From positions 80,848,001 to 80,912,000 of the forward strand of contig OX597822.1 of NCBI GenBank assembly GCA_951406725.2: a stretch of DNA of 64,000 nucleotides, given 5' to 3'. Made by a program: the position numbers and the translations under genes. A model generated the notes under the pieces. That model saw only the letters and a program-made list of their open reading frames with translations. It did no database searches and was not told the origin of the DNA. How positions within the stretch are numbered: the stretch's first letter is position 1; the number at the start of each line of letters is the position of its first letter. Of the stretch, positions 29,599 through 44,390 are shown piece by piece. This stretch comes from Octopus vulgaris. Its lineage: Eukaryota.

Positions 29599-31847
29599 CC
29601 GACTTGTTCATTAAAATATTAATAATGAATAATACATTTTAATTATTTTTTCCTTCATCTGGCTGATCATTTCCAAGGTACGTTAAATGAGATATTGGTT
29701 ATAAAATAATCAGACAATTTCAATTTCAAATTTAGTCTTGCCGTGCGACAAAGTGAGTTGGTTAGAATTTTACAAAATGGAGTAATTGTGATGAGCGATT
29801 CTCTGGCGCCAGTTTGGTGCGAGACGGGGAAAACTCGAAGCAGAAGTGAAATCTAAAATGAACTCCTCAAGGAATAGACACGAATAAATTATTTTAATTC
29901 TTATTTAAATTTGATTGCTTTATGTGTTACGATTTGATTGATGATATTTGATTAGTGTAGCGATAACATATTGAATGGCTTAATGAATTTAAAATGGAAT
30001 CCCACAACAAAACTAAACAAATACGTAAATTTGTACAACTTTATGTAAAATCAACGACTCATTAAGGGAACTTCTACGTGGTTGATGCACCGACTAGAAA
30101 TGACTGCTAACTCTCCTTCAAAATGAATTCTACAACCTGAGAAATTGTAGGACATATTCAATAATGTATGTATTGCGACTGAACAGTGAAAACAGATGTT
30201 CACAGTGAGAAAGCTTGACCAAGAATGAGCCAAAGTAAACAATAACAACAGCAGCAACAATAGTTCTCAATAAATTTGGCACTATCTGCGGTAGATATGC
30301 ATTTTGTGATTGGTTGGTGATGAATGATATGTTTTGGGGGTTGTTGTTTAGCGCTATGTCAGTCTCTGTGAAACAATTATAGAAACTAATTCATTCTAGC
30401 TCTGGTCGCTGCGCCTTACATTTTTTGACATACTGATATAGCTAAGACTACAATGTCCATGTATTCCTTTGTTTTGTTTGCGTTTTCATACAAGTTGTGA
30501 GACGTAAGCTCGCTTGCCATGTTGCGCTGGGGGAAACATTTATGGAATTGATTAGCTTTTCGCTGACATGAAAATAGCAAATGAAAAGATACGGAAATAT
30601 TTGCAGCATAAAGATCTATGGTTGTGGTTTGTCAAATGTAATTTTCAAAGTATCGGCTCAGTGAAATGTTGCCTTTCAGGAAGTAAATAAACATAGTAGA
30701 GCTGCAGTACGTATTGTGTAGTTACTTTAATTCGTACATCCAATGGATAGAAGTAAATAACATATGGTAGATGATTTAATAGAAGCTATGGAACCCAAAA
30801 CAAACAATAAAACAATATGCATTTGCTTAATAATTCGTTTAACATTGTCGTGATGTGGTAGCATTCTGGTTTCATAGCCTGGAGGTCTCAAGATCGGAAC
30901 TATGCTTTGGAAATAAATGGAAACTCTTTTTTGATATTCATATGTCGCAACTAAGTAACCAATAAACATATCAACCATATACATGTATATATATATATAT
31001 ATATACATACTTACGGGGGTCGGTCCAAATTATAGTATAGTATGCGACAAATATTTATACAGGGTCAAAGGAGTGACCAACTGATTGGCTACACCAAAAC
31101 CCCTGTAACGTAGTGGTAGGGGTGACGATAAAAATTGGACTTTTCGCACTTAGTATATAGGATTTGAAGATAATTTGGTTCTTGTCTCTAACAGGTCGAG
31201 AATATTTCATTGGTTTGAGGTGGCGGTGGGGGGGCATTTATACAAACATATATATCGTTTAAGCGCTTTCTCGTTTGGTGACGATTATATTGAAGTTATT
31301 GTTGTACGCTTGTGCATAAAAAATATACTGTATGTCTTGTGGTATGGAGTTTAAATTCTGTTGGGTGCGATGTATATTGAATCTGACAAAGAATTCTGTT
31401 TAGGCTAAACACTTTCATGGCGTTAGTAGTTTTCCTCTTTGTCATAGCCACTTCATGACAGAAAAAGTTTTTAACTTGTATTTCAATCATTATTAGTATT
31501 TTATTTATTCTCCTATAGCACCAAACGTTTCTTTAACGATTGTGATTTCTGATTTTTTTTTCATTTTCTCGGTTTGTTTCCTGACACTGTTTCGCTTAGA
31601 GTTTCATATGTGCTTATAGTCCTATTCAGTTTCTTAGAAGGAAATATCAACATGTTTCCCTAATGGTTAGAGATAAAGACTCGATCGTGACTGTGTACTC
31701 GATCTATCGATCGACCGATCGATCGTTTCAGGATGCTGATTGCATAGTCTGTACTTAGAGATTTCCTCTTTATTCTATATTTAATTCTTATCATAGTTGT
31801 GGTAGCAAGGCATTGCTTTTGTGCAGTTAAGATCAAGCCATGTGTGA

Positions 31848-31896
<49 letters not shown>

Positions 31897-31912
31897 CATA
31901 TAATATATATAT

Positions 31913-32000
<88 letters not shown>

Positions 32001-32100
32001 CATATGCATATAATACATATATGTTTATTTATCGATGTATGCATATCCGTATGAATATATATGTGTATATATATATATATGTATATGTAAATGCATATGC

Positions 32101-32131
<31 letters not shown>

Positions 32132-32163
32132 ATAATATATACATGTATATATATATGTATATA

Positions 32164-32214
<51 letters not shown>

Positions 32215-32221
32215 ATATTAT

Positions 32222-32254
<33 letters not shown>

Positions 32255-32423
32255 GCATATGCATTTACGTATCTTAGATATATCAGATAACGACAGCGTT
32301 GCTAAAAGGAAGGCCATTAACTATGATTTCAACTTTGTTTACTAATGTAATATTTATATATAGCTATCACTAAAGTAATATCTACCTATCTATCTACTCA
32401 TCTATCTATCTATCTATCTCTCT

Positions 32424-32513
<90 letters not shown>

Positions 32514-33559
32514 TGGTAGTTAGCTAACTAGATCCTCGGCTTCCATTTTAGAAATGGTAAGGAAGTACTAAATACAGATAAATTAGAGAAACGTATTTAT
32601 TATTAAATTTGAAACCTCACAAGTCTTAATTTCGTATTTCTTGTTGAGAACCTTAGAAGAATATGTACAAATAAATAAATAAATATTAATTTTTATAGAT
32701 ATTTTAAGGAAGAGACTGTTTTAAAGAAACTGACTGCTTGAAAGTTATAATACATAGGAAATATGCTATTGTTACAATTTGTCTCGGTTTTATAGTGGTT
32801 GTGCAAGATTAGCTGCAATTCTTTAACTGAAACCGGTAAAAATGTGTAATGAAAAGTATAAGAGGTGAGCAGAGACAGCAAGAATATTGAAGCATTGATA
32901 TTCAGTTACATTTCGCTTAGACAATCGGTTCTCTTTAACTACAAACAATTCGAAGAAGCATTTTAAAACATTAAGATTCTGGAAACGATTCTGTGGGCCA
33001 AAATATTTTTAGTTTTGTAGGATACTAGTGTAAAAATTAACACATGTGTGTTCTAATTTAGCCCCGCTCCGACCAAAGGCCTATAAGTAGATTTTGTAGA
33101 CAGAAACTGAAAGAAGCCCATCTTGTTTGCTGTCGCTCGCACTTATGTGTGTGTATGTTTGCGTATGTTCCTATCTCGTTGCTCTGATCAAATCTATGTC
33201 TCTGATAAACAAAACGAGAGAAAGAAGACAGTCACTAATCAAAGCAGAAGTTGTTAGAGACAGATTTTAAGAAAATTACTACACTGACTTTTACACTTTT
33301 ACCAACGTGTGTACTTTGCCACAATGTATTAGACTAATCATAAAAATGGTGTCTTTCAAATATTACACGTGCGTTTTATACAATATTGGAAACATTGCTG
33401 TTTTAACTTTCAGCAAAGATTGAAAATGTTGGCGTGAGGGGAAAATTAGAATTAACGGATTTTGAAAATTTAGCTTTGAAAGAAGGGGAAATAAAGAGTA
33501 ATGAAATTCAATTCCTGAACTCATTTGAAGCAAATGATATTATCACGAACTTGGGGGTA

Positions 33560-33775
33560 GCGAGCTGGCAGAATCGCAATTGCACCGGGCAAAATGATTA
33601 GCGGTATTTCTTCAGGCTTTACGTACCGAGTTCGAATACCGCCTGGGTCGATTTTGCCTTTCGTTTTTGGGGGGATCGGTAAAATAAGTACCAGTTGAGT
33701 ACTGGGGGATAAATCTAACTGACTAGAACCTTCCTCCCAAATTTCAGGCCTTGAACCTATTACGGAAAAATTATT
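33560..33775 (+). mobile_element. SINE family A, diverged
   Basis: GCGAGCTGGCAGAATCG head, AAATAAGTACCAGTTG body. Confidence 0.8.
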
Positions 33776-35011
33776 ATTACTGCAGATATATTAATTCTTT
33801 GTTGCGTATCGAAACTAGGTTTCCTCATCAATTGAGCAGGTGCTAACCCATGAAATAAAATCAATACAACATCTAAGTACATTGCTTCAAATAATGCCAC
33901 GAAAGCTAATGATCAAGTAATTGGTTCACTGAGCGCTAAACACTGGAATATGGATTATGGTCTCCGGTAGAATTAATAGAAAACTTCGGCTCAAATTACA
34001 TGCTCTTGAGACCACTGTCGTTTCACCGGAAATGGCAACGTAAAAAGAATATGGTTAGGATAACTTTCATCTCATGACTGATGTTGCTGTCTCGTAAGTG
34101 CTCGTGTATGAATAGCATGAGCAGCACTTCAACAATGTGGCCTTTCATGTACGGCTTTGTCATTAGTCAACTTCCGTCCGTTTCTTTTGAGCTGACGTTA
34201 GCTAACCATTAATATCAACTTACATTAAACATGCAATTCTCAGGTGGAGAATTTTTTTCTCTTTTAGGGAAACTAAAACTAGAGGCAGTAAGGACAAAAG
34301 CAACAACAGCAACAACAACAAAAACAAGCGTAACAATTTCCGCCGATGCTTTAGAGTAAAAAAATAAATAAATATATAAATGCTAGGGTAAGAATAACGG
34401 TTTGTTTTCCCCCCTCCCCTCCAATTTCCCGATTAATTAGGAGATGAAATATACAGGACTTGTGTGGATCAGGACATTGTCTTGTATTCTTTAACTCGTT
34501 TCAGTCATTGGACCTGAAGGGTTTATGAGAACAAATCGACCCCTGGACTTAGTTTCATGCTAACTTACGGGAATGTAAACAAACCAATAGTTGTCAAGCA
34601 GTGTTTGGAGGAGAAGCTTAAACACAAAGAGACTCACACACAGACACACAGACACACACACACACATACAGACACACACATACATTCATACAAACATACA
34701 TACATAAGTACATATATACATATACACATACATATATACATACACACATATATATATGTGTGTGTGTATATGTATGTATGTACTTATGTATGTATGAATA
34801 TATGTATGTATGTATGTTTGTATGAATGTGTGTATATATGTATGTATGTTTGTATCAATGTGTGTGTGTGTGAGTGTCGACGTGGTTGCTAAGTGAGCTT
34901 TCTTAACCACAAACCCATGCACACGCTCGTTTTCTTTTTCTCCGTTTATTATCCTCGACAAGGAAATAAGTTAAGGTACGTAATATTATCATGAATATTA
35001 CTTATACAAGT

Positions 35012-35212
35012 AAGGCACCGAGCTGGCAGAATCATTTGTACCTCGGACAAAATGTTCAGCACCTATTCGCCCGTCTGTATGTCCTGGGTTCAAACTCCAC
35101 CGAGTTCAACTTTGCCTATCATCCTTTCGACGTCGGTAAAATAAGTACCCGTTGACCATCAAGCATCTTCCTCCAAACTTGCTGGCCTTGTGCCAAAATG
35201 TGAAGTAAATAT
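35012..35212 (+). mobile_element. SINE family A, diverged
   Basis: AAGGCACCGAGCTGGCAGAATC head, TCATCCTTTCG body. Confidence 0.75.
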
Positions 35213-35459
35213 TATTTATGCGACTGGTCCGCTCTATTGATTATTTTTAATTGAGAAGGCATTCGACGATATTGAACCCGGGACTTCATTTATTTTCTTT
35301 CCGTAAAATATAAACGAGTAAAATCAATCCGAATAGGATTGGAACTCAGAAAGCAAAGAGCAATAACTGAATACCGCAAGGTATTTAGTCTGAGCCACAG
35401 AGCAGTCTGTCAATGCACAGATTTATCGTTCTTATATATCGTCAGTACCATTCTCATTT

Positions 35460-35895
35460 CCTCCTCTGCTCTCAAGCGCATTGAGCAGCAATTTCCTTCG
35501 TTTCTGCTGGTTGCAGCTTTCTCTCCATCCGAACCTGCGATATTGGCCTCTCATGTCGGTTATGTACTGCGCCGTATAGCTTTCAGTCTTCTCTTTCTTT
35601 TCACATTTGGTGGAGGTCCATTTCAAAACTGTTTTAGAATGGCTTTTTTTCTTTTTAATGGCCGGAATATGTGTCCTACAAGTTCTAATTTTCAATCTGC
35701 GATGACGTCGCTATGTGGTCTTGTGCTGGCTCACTTCAGAATGCCAGTATGTTCTTAGAACACTCCTCAAATACCTTTGGAAGAGCACATCAAGATTTCA
35801 GTTGATTTTTATGCATCACGTCCATGATTCATTAACAAAAACAACTGTTGGTAGAACTACGCTATTATATAGCCGCATCTTTGTGTGTAAATCGA
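35460..35895 (-). pseudogene. RTE-clade LINE 3' fragment, decayed
   Basis: LHTKMRLYNSVVLPTVVFVNESWT* / LDVLFQRYLRSVLRTYW / VLKWT..; stops and frameshifts. Confidence 0.75.
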
Positions 35896-36414
35896 CGACG
35901 ATGGGGACCAGACAGCACAGAGTTTCTACAAGCACAAAACAAAGCATAAAACAAAGCATAAATAATTTCCAAATGGAAACTCATTAAACACGTAACATTA
36001 TATAAATTCAAACATTTAATTGTTAAACTAAAGAGATTGCTTCGGGGTGCACACTTAGCTTATTAGAATTAGCAGCTAAATCTCCTTCAACTTATCTCTA
36101 ACCAATTAAAAAATAGATAAGGACATGCACAGGAATGGCCGTGTGGTAGTTTTGGGTTCAGTTCCATTGCGCGTCACACTTCCTATAAATTGCAGTTATG
36201 GTTGATGTTATTACTGTTAGACTGGGGACATACATAGCTCTGTAAGTGAAGAGATAAAAGACTTTCAAAGCATGTCTTACTCATCCCGAGAATATCGTAT
36301 CGAGAACTATGATATAAAACACCACCTTCTGTTTTAGACTGCAAGGTAAGCCCTTAGACTGCTGTTCATAGCAATTGCGTACCCTGATGACGAACATGTA
36401 AGATATACAATACC

Positions 36415-36647
36415 TATTTCTTTACTGCCCACAAGGGTCTAAACAGAGAATGGACAGACAAGGACAGACAAACGGATTAAATTGATTACATCGACCCCAG
36501 TACGTAACTGGTACTTATTTAATCGACCCCGAAAGGATGAAAGGCAAAGTCGACCTCGGCGGAATTTGAACTCAGAATGTAACGGCAGATGAAATACGGC
36601 TACGCATTTCGCCCGGCGTGCTAACGTTTCTGCCAGCTCGCCGCCTT
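36415..36647 (-). mobile_element. SINE family A, full length with 16-bp TSD
   Basis: TAAGATATACAATACC at 36399-36414 and 36647-36662. Confidence 0.95.
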
Positions 36648-37362
36648 AAGATATACAATACCGTGTGTCCCAGCCGTGACCATCCAGTGTTTTAAATATT
36701 ATGAATCACATGGTATTATATATTCTCGTTTATTTAAAATATTATAATGTGGTTTACTGGCAATTTGGTTTCCTATTTCTTTCGGCTTAAGTGGTAGCGT
36801 ACATATTTACTCATTCTTCCTTCGATTTCTACAAATGGTACCTCTTCTGTATAGCAGTCTATTTCTGTTTTAGAAAAGATAGGAGCTATTTTCTAAGAAT
36901 CTCTGATGCGTTTGTAATTGTAGTCACGAAATATTTTTCATTCGTTCATCGTACTCGAGAGGAAGTTCATGTTTACAGCGCTTCGTTGCCTTGCAGCTAT
37001 ATACAAACACATGCCCACACTTACTTGGGAATTCCAGAGAAAACACGCATATATCCCCGTGTGGAGTTGTTTGGGGATTTGCTACATATATATAAATACA
37101 TATATGTATAGGTGCATGTATGTGCAGCATGTAAATTGAAATGTCTATACACACACTCACACGTAAGCATGTGTCTATGCCTATACATGTGACTATATAT
37201 ATACACACACAGATGGATAGACAGATAGAAATATAGATATGTTACATATGTATGTATATATAAATACACTAACAAACACACGTACGCACGCACAATATAA
37301 ATATGCAAGTACATATGAATATATATATATGTGTGTATATGTATATATACATGCATACATAG

Positions 37363-37417
<55 letters not shown>

Positions 37418-37501
37418 TATGTGTGTGTATACATATATATACAGATGGATTGATAGAAAGATAGTTGTTACATATATATGTATATATAACACTCAATAAC
37501 A

Positions 37502-37612
<111 letters not shown>

Positions 37613-37918
37613 TTGTATGCAAGTACATAGATATAAGCACATACATTCTACGTGTGTAGCCATATATAATTTAGTTTTACTTTCTATTAAGGCAAGCATC
37701 CACATAACATGCACACATATATACATACATGTGTGCGTGCGCGTATATGCGTGTGTGTGAGTGTGTTTCTGTGTGTGTGCCAGTATGTATGTGCATGCAT
37801 GCCTTTGTATGAGTAGAAGAGAGATCCAAGACAAGCATGCCTACAGACATACACAAACGAATATATTTTTACATGTAAAGATATATGCCCACAGACACGC
37901 ATGTGTGCACGTACATCA

Positions 37919-37949
<31 letters not shown>

Positions 37950-38317
37950 CGTGTGTTTGTGCGAGTGTGCTGAGAGAGATATCTATATGGATGTATGCAT
38001 ATATGCCTGTATATGTGCGTGTGTAACTATGTGTAAGAGAATATATATATATATTATATATAGGTACGTAGGTAATATACATCTGCCTGTGTATGCGTAT
38101 GCTTGTGAAAGTCTAATTTGGACATTTGTTAAGAGAGCGTAAATACGCAGTGGATTGAGTTGGGTCCACTGCTCATAGTTTGCATAAATCTCGTCACAAA
38201 TATCATCATAGGAAGCCAAATATAAATATATTCAGACCGTTTTTGAGAGTTTGTAAATTATGAGTGGAAAAGCTAACTGAATGAAAATTCCATAAGAAAA
38301 GTAACCACCTGCGGATG

Positions 38318-38878
38318 GCATCGACCCAGGGGCCCAGTTGGTACTTATTTGCTCGACCTCAAAAGAATGAAAAGCAAAGATGAACTCGGTGGCATTTGAA
38401 CTCAGAACATAAAGACGGACAAAATGCCGCTAAGTAATTTTGTCCCAAACGCTAAACAGTCTGCCCGCTTGCCGCCTTTATTCTTTTCTACTCTAGGTAC
38501 AAGGCCGGGAATTTTGTGGGAGAGGGCCAGTTGATTAGTTCAGCCCCAGTAAGGAAGTGCTACTTAATTTATCGACCAAGAAAGGATGAAAGGCAAACTC
38601 GAACTCTGCTGAATTTGAACTCAGAACGTAAAGCAGACGAAATACCTATTTCTTTACTACCCACAAGGGGCTAAACATAGAGAGGACAAACAAAAACAGA
38701 CAAACGGATTAAGTCGATTATATCGACCCCAGTGCGTAACTGGTACATATTTAATCGAGCCCGAAGGGATGAAAGGCAAAGTCGACCTCGGCGGAATTTG
38801 CACTCAGAAAATAACGGCAGATGAAATACCGCAAACACTTCGCCTATGGTGATTACGGTTCTGCCAGCTCGCCGCCTT
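38318..38878 (-). mobile_element. head-to-tail cluster of three family A SINEs
   Basis: three successive AAAG(G)CAAA..ATTTG(A/C)ACTCAGAA blocks. Confidence 0.85.
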
Positions 38879-39644
38879 TAATATTATAAAATATTTATTA
38901 TACAAGGAAAGACCTACAATAATCAAATCATAACCCTGGTAAAGAAATAAATAGGTGCAAATTTGAATGAACCCCATAATAACGAGATATAGGGACGATT
39001 TGGTAGAACCTCATGTTAATACAGAAAGGACGTCTTACCGTTGGAAGTGTAAAAAATTAGTAAAAGTAGTGATAAAGATAAGTTTTGGCGTATCTCTTTA
39101 CCAGACCAGTTCATACGTTACATTCATTCATAAGTCTGCATAGTCAGACAGCAGAATGGTGTTGAAGGTAAAATATGTTTTATTCTCCGCACTATAGCAC
39201 AGCGTGTCATAAATTAAGTGTAATTCGCTTGTGTGGAGTCACTTCAAAAGAGATTTCAATTACCAGACAGACAACAAAGAGTTAAGGGCGGAAAAGAATA
39301 TAGAGAAATTGATAATAAAACGGTAGGAAAAGCGACAGAGGCAAGAGGGTGCGAGAGGGGTGAGAGAGGGGTTAGATAAGCTCATTATGCAGTCTCATTA
39401 TTTATACAATTAAAGGGGTTGAGGCAAGAGGAATAAAAAACAGAAGTGACCTAGGTCAGGGTAAACAGGAAGCGAAAACCTGAAGAACATAAAAGAGCTG
39501 CAGAATGGTATTATAATGTTTCCTAATTACGGAGGAAATCTAAAAGTCATAAAAATTAATGGTGAGATAACCGGCGGGATTCACGGATCGTATTCATTTA
39601 CTACATACATACATACATACATACATACATACATACATACATAC

Positions 39645-39680
<36 letters not shown>

Positions 39681-39723
39681 CATACACACATATATATAAT
39701 CATGTACATATATATACATGTAC

Positions 39724-39783
<60 letters not shown>

Positions 39784-39939
39784 GTATGTATGTATGTATG
39801 CATACATGTACATATATACATGTACATAGATATAGCTTCATCTATAGGCAATTAGTATTATCATTTAGCGTTCATTTTCCATGCTGGCACAGATGTTTAG
39901 TGGTATATATGTATGCATATATCCGTGTGTGTGTGCGCG

Positions 39940-40039
<100 letters not shown>

Positions 40040-40174
40040 TTACAAAAATATATGTATACAAATATATATATACACAAATTTATATATGCATACAAATACG
40101 TGTGCATATATGTATAGACACACGCACCCAATATGCATGAGCCGTGTATGTGTTGATACGTGCGAATACAAAGT

Positions 40175-40737
40175 GGTTTGTAGAGAGAATTTATCTCTTG
40201 TGACATTTGACTCCATTTTTGTAATAAATTTTTTGTACAAAATTTTACTCTTCTGATCATTAACTGTTTCGGTCTTTCTGTGAAGTCCACATTCTTTTAC
40301 AGCTTTATGTATTTTCTTCATGTATCTTTTTGTTAACATGCTGCATTGCGTCCTTGGGCATGTCACATATCTCTACTTGATTAAGATCTGCATACGTAAT
40401 TAAGAATGCATTTATCGTTTCTTCTGAACAACTTCGTGTTATGCCCTTCTTTTTGCATCTTGTTCTGCAACTTATTAACCCACTCTTCCTCATCCTTTTC
40501 CTCCTACATCTTGCCCAGCTTGTTTATCTTCTTTCCGTTATTCTCATTAATTTTCCTGTCCGTCATCTTCTTCATTTTCGTTCTGTTTTCTTCCTCTCGT
40601 TTATTTTATGATTGGTTCTTTGTTACTTTTACTTTATCTCTTCTTCTTTCCGTTGCCACTACAGCTACTACAATTCCTAATGCTTCTAATGCTACTAATG
40701 GTACTACTACTGCTACATTGCAAACTTCAAAACTTAC
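40175..40737 (-). pseudogene. decayed transmembrane + death-domain-like coding segment, copy 1
   Basis: VAVVVPLVALEALGIVVAVVA-TERRR (TM + basic stop), then INKLGKM*..EEWVNKL / SEETINAFLITY..VEICDMPKDAMQHVNK / YMKKIHKAVKECGLHR; candidate acceptor TTCATTCAG at ~40738; stops and frameshifts. Confidence 0.5.
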
Positions 40738-40803
40738 TGAATGAAGTACATTTACACAAGTGTTTCTTATTAGTATGCATGTATTTATAATGTATACATA
40801 AAA

Positions 40804-40851
<48 letters not shown>

Positions 40852-40852
40852 A

Positions 40853-41714
40853 TATATTTCGGAATGGTCATATTGCCAGTTTAGCCAATAAAAACCCACG
40901 CACTATATATTTGGTGTTATTTTGCTTCAGTGATATTTATTTTTTACATTAATCTTAATCTTATTTCGGCCAAAGTTCTTTCGTCACACTCCTGTGACCG
41001 CATCAGTGGTCCTTTGTTTTCTTCTCACTTACTTGTGTCTCTCCTTACTAACCGTCAGCCATTTTGTATTTCTATTGTATGTCTTCATTTGCGCATGCTT
41101 ATATCTCTATGTGCGTCTATGTTTATTTAGTGTGTGTGGGGGGGATGCCTGTAATATTTGTATCTTCTGGTTATATACATTCTTGTAATTTGTATTTTGT
41201 TTTTGTTGTTGTTGCTTTTGTTCTAATTTTGTTCATGTGTTTACATCCACCCATTATTATTATTACTAATATTGTTGTTATACATACATACAAGCATATG
41301 TAATGATAATAATGGGTGGATGTAAACACATGAACAAAATTAGAACAAAAGCAACAACAACAAACACAAAATACAAATTACAAGAATGTATATAACCAGA
41401 AGATACAAATATTACAGGCATCCCCCCCACACACACACTAAATAAACATAGACGCACATAGAGATATAAGAATGCACAAATGAAGACATACAATAGAAAT
41501 ACAAAATGGCTGACGGTTAGTAAGGAGAGACACAAGTAAGTGAGAAGAAAACAAAGGACCACTGATGCGGTCACAGGAGTGTGACGAAAGAACTTTGGCC
41601 GAAATAAGATTAAGATTAATGTAAAAAATAAATATCACTGAAGCAAAATAACACCAAATATATAGTGCGTGGGTTTTTATTGGCTAAACTGGCAATATGA
41701 CCATTCCGAAATAT
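40853..41714. repeat. near-perfect long inverted repeat (arms 40853-41266 and 41300-41714, 33-bp spacer)
   Basis: arms are reverse complements with only a few differences; mirrored ORFs in track. Confidence 0.97.
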
Positions 41715-41810
41715 AACAATATCTGTTTCAACACACGACTTCACATAAAAAATCTTGCACAACAAATATTTAAACGTATATATATATATATATGTATATA
41801 TCTATATATC

Positions 41811-41843
<33 letters not shown>

Positions 41844-42348
41844 TTATATATATATATGTATATGTATATATATACACACATTTATATACATGGCTATTAA
41901 TAGTTATCGCCAAGCTAACATGGCAGTCCAGGAAAATAGGACGAAAATTCTTCAGCAACGCGGTGGCGAGCGAGATAGATGTGCTGTTCTGCCTTTTTTC
42001 TTTTTTTTTTTTCGCTTCGGCAGAAAATATACCCGTGACACTCATAGGAAGACAGGACAGATCGCCATTGACCAAAAAATGCATACTTACACGCACTGGT
42101 TCTATTGCACTTACTTATTTTACCAACTAAATATCTATTGGGTTGTTTAATGTGTTAAGTGGACAATCAATCGGTTCTTAGCTTTCTCTAACGTCCTCAT
42201 TCTCAACCTCATCATTGATATATCCCCATGTTCTATAAGCAATAAGATAGTTAGTAAGTATTGAAAGGATGCCTGTGTATGTTTTAAATTTTCCTCTTTT
42301 TCGAATGATGGTTCTCCCTGGACACATGACGATATATGTGAGGTGTGT

Positions 42349-42404
<56 letters not shown>

Positions 42405-42406
42405 GT

Positions 42407-42722
42407 GCTGAGACCCCCTTCGATCGTGAATGACCATGGGATTGTACCTAGAAAGTTACCCTCGAAGGCACAAGTCCGAGCTAGGTTGTTTATGGAAGAC
42501 CAGTAGTCACCCATGCATACCATCCTCCCCTCTCCACGCCACCAATGTTATCCAAGGGAATGGCAAGGGCCGATACAACTTGGCACCTGTGACGTCGCAA
42601 CTCATTTCTACAGCTGAGTGAACTGGAGCAACGTGAAATAAAGTGTCTTGCTCAAGAACACAACACGCAGCCCAATCCGGGATTCAAACCTCGACGCTCT
42701 AACCACTGAGCCATGCGCCTTC
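42407..42722 (-). mobile_element. tRNA-derived SINE, family D (CORE/Meta-like TTGAGCAAGACACTTTATTTCACGTTGCTCCAG)
   Basis: head GAAGGCGCATGGCTCAGTGGTTAGAGC..GTTTGAATCC. Confidence 0.88.
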
Positions 42723-42741
42723 ACACACACACACACACACA

Positions 42742-42819
<78 letters not shown>

Positions 42820-42926
42820 ATATATATAAACTTAATATAAGGGTAGCAAAAAATTCAATAGAATTTTTTTTTCGCCACCAGCGGTCCAGTGAGAAAGAGA
42901 AAATAGTCACAGACTATATATACATA

Positions 42927-43481
42927 ATTTCAACAATATTAAGGAATGGCCCTGATAGGCCATTCGACTCACTAGAAAGAGCAGCCAAAGCTCAAACCGC
43001 TAAATAGTAGTAATTCAGAAATCAAAGGAAAATTAAAACATTTATCCTAATCATCCTTGGACAATGCATTGTTTCGACGTACTTTTGGCAAACTAGCCTA
43101 ATTAAATTAAATTTAATTTAATCAAGTCAATCTACCACTGGCTTGTCTCATCGGCAAGGAGGCCAGGAGGAATAAATATTCCACGAGGCAGCTTCATCGA
43201 TGCTTCTGGAATATATACTCTAAATTTTCAAAATCTACCGTAATCGCGCCAACTTATCAGCAGCAAATATCAACTGCTGATTTAATTTCAGAATTAGTCA
43301 AAAAATTAGGCTAAGTTGCCAAAAAGTACGTCGAAACAATGCATTGTCCAAGGATGATTAGGGTAAATGTTTTAATCTTCCTTGGATTTCTGAATTACTA
43401 CTATTTAGCGGTTTGAGCTTTGGCTGCTCTTTCTAGTGAGTCGAATGGCCTATCAGGGCCATTCCTTAATATTGTTGAAAT
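42927..43481. repeat. inverted repeat (arms 42927-43103 and 43304-43481) of an HHR-bearing element starting ~42828
   Basis: ~177-bp arms with few mismatches, 200-bp spacer. Confidence 0.95.
43054..43160 (-). ncRNA. type I hammerhead ribozyme candidate with long loop II
   Basis: TCCTTG-CCGATGA-GAC..~65 nt..GTC-GAAA-CAATGCATTG-TC-CAAGGA: 6-bp stem I, palindromic stem III, GUC cleavage triplet. Confidence 0.7.
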
Positions 43482-43581
43482 ATATATAAACTTAAATAAA
43501 CTTAGATATGTTTCGACCAAAGATTGGTCCAGGCCATGTCTAACTTAAAAGCACCACCTGATGATATATATATGTACACAC

Positions 43582-43616
<35 letters not shown>

Positions 43617-43637
43617 TATGTATACACACACATTATT

Positions 43638-43967
43638 GTCATGTATCCTTTGTTAACATATTCCATTGCGTCCTTGAGCAAGTCATATATCTCCACATGG
43701 TTAATATTTCTATACGTAACGAAGAATGTATTTATCTTTTCTTCAGAAAACTCTTCACTGTGTGTCCTTCTTATGCATGCTGTCCTTGCGCTTCTGGTTC
43801 TGCTAGTTATTAGCCTCATTTTACACCTTGCCTGGCTTGTTTGACTTGTTTCTCTCATTATTTTTCATCTTCGTTTTCTGTTTTCTTCGTCTTTTTCCCT
43901 GATAAGCTTAATTCTTCATTTTTTTCTTTTCATAATTATCTTTCCGTCTTTTGTACTACTACTACTG

Positions 43968-44053
<86 letters not shown>

Positions 44054-44205
44054 TCTTCTTCTTCTTCTTCTTCTTCTTCTTCTTCTTCTTCTTCTTCTAC
44101 TACTACTACTACTACTACAACTTCTACTTCTTCTTCTACTACTACTACTACTACTACTACTAAGGCCACCACCATTATAACCACGACCATCACTACATTG
44201 CAACT
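43638..44205 (-). pseudogene. decayed transmembrane + death-domain-like segment, copy 2 (TM region expanded into TAC/TAA/TTC microsatellite)
   Basis: EEFSEEKINTFFVTYRNINHVEIYDLLKDAMEYVNKGYM; clear nucleotide homology to 40320-40460. Confidence 0.5.
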
Positions 44206-44390
44206 TACATTTTTTAAATTCCTTCAATGCCCAGCATGGTCGCAGTTAAATCACTGAAACAAGTAAAAGTGTAAAAGAATGTATAAAAAACTACATAGCT
44301 AAGTTTTAACTCTGAACTGCATCACTTCTAGTACCGCGATGGGAACTACTGTTGCTCCAACATACAGCAATTTAGTAACAGCATAAGTCC

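Noticed and set aside
36384-36400. CTGATGACGAAC
   Set aside because: No stem II or stem I; chance match.
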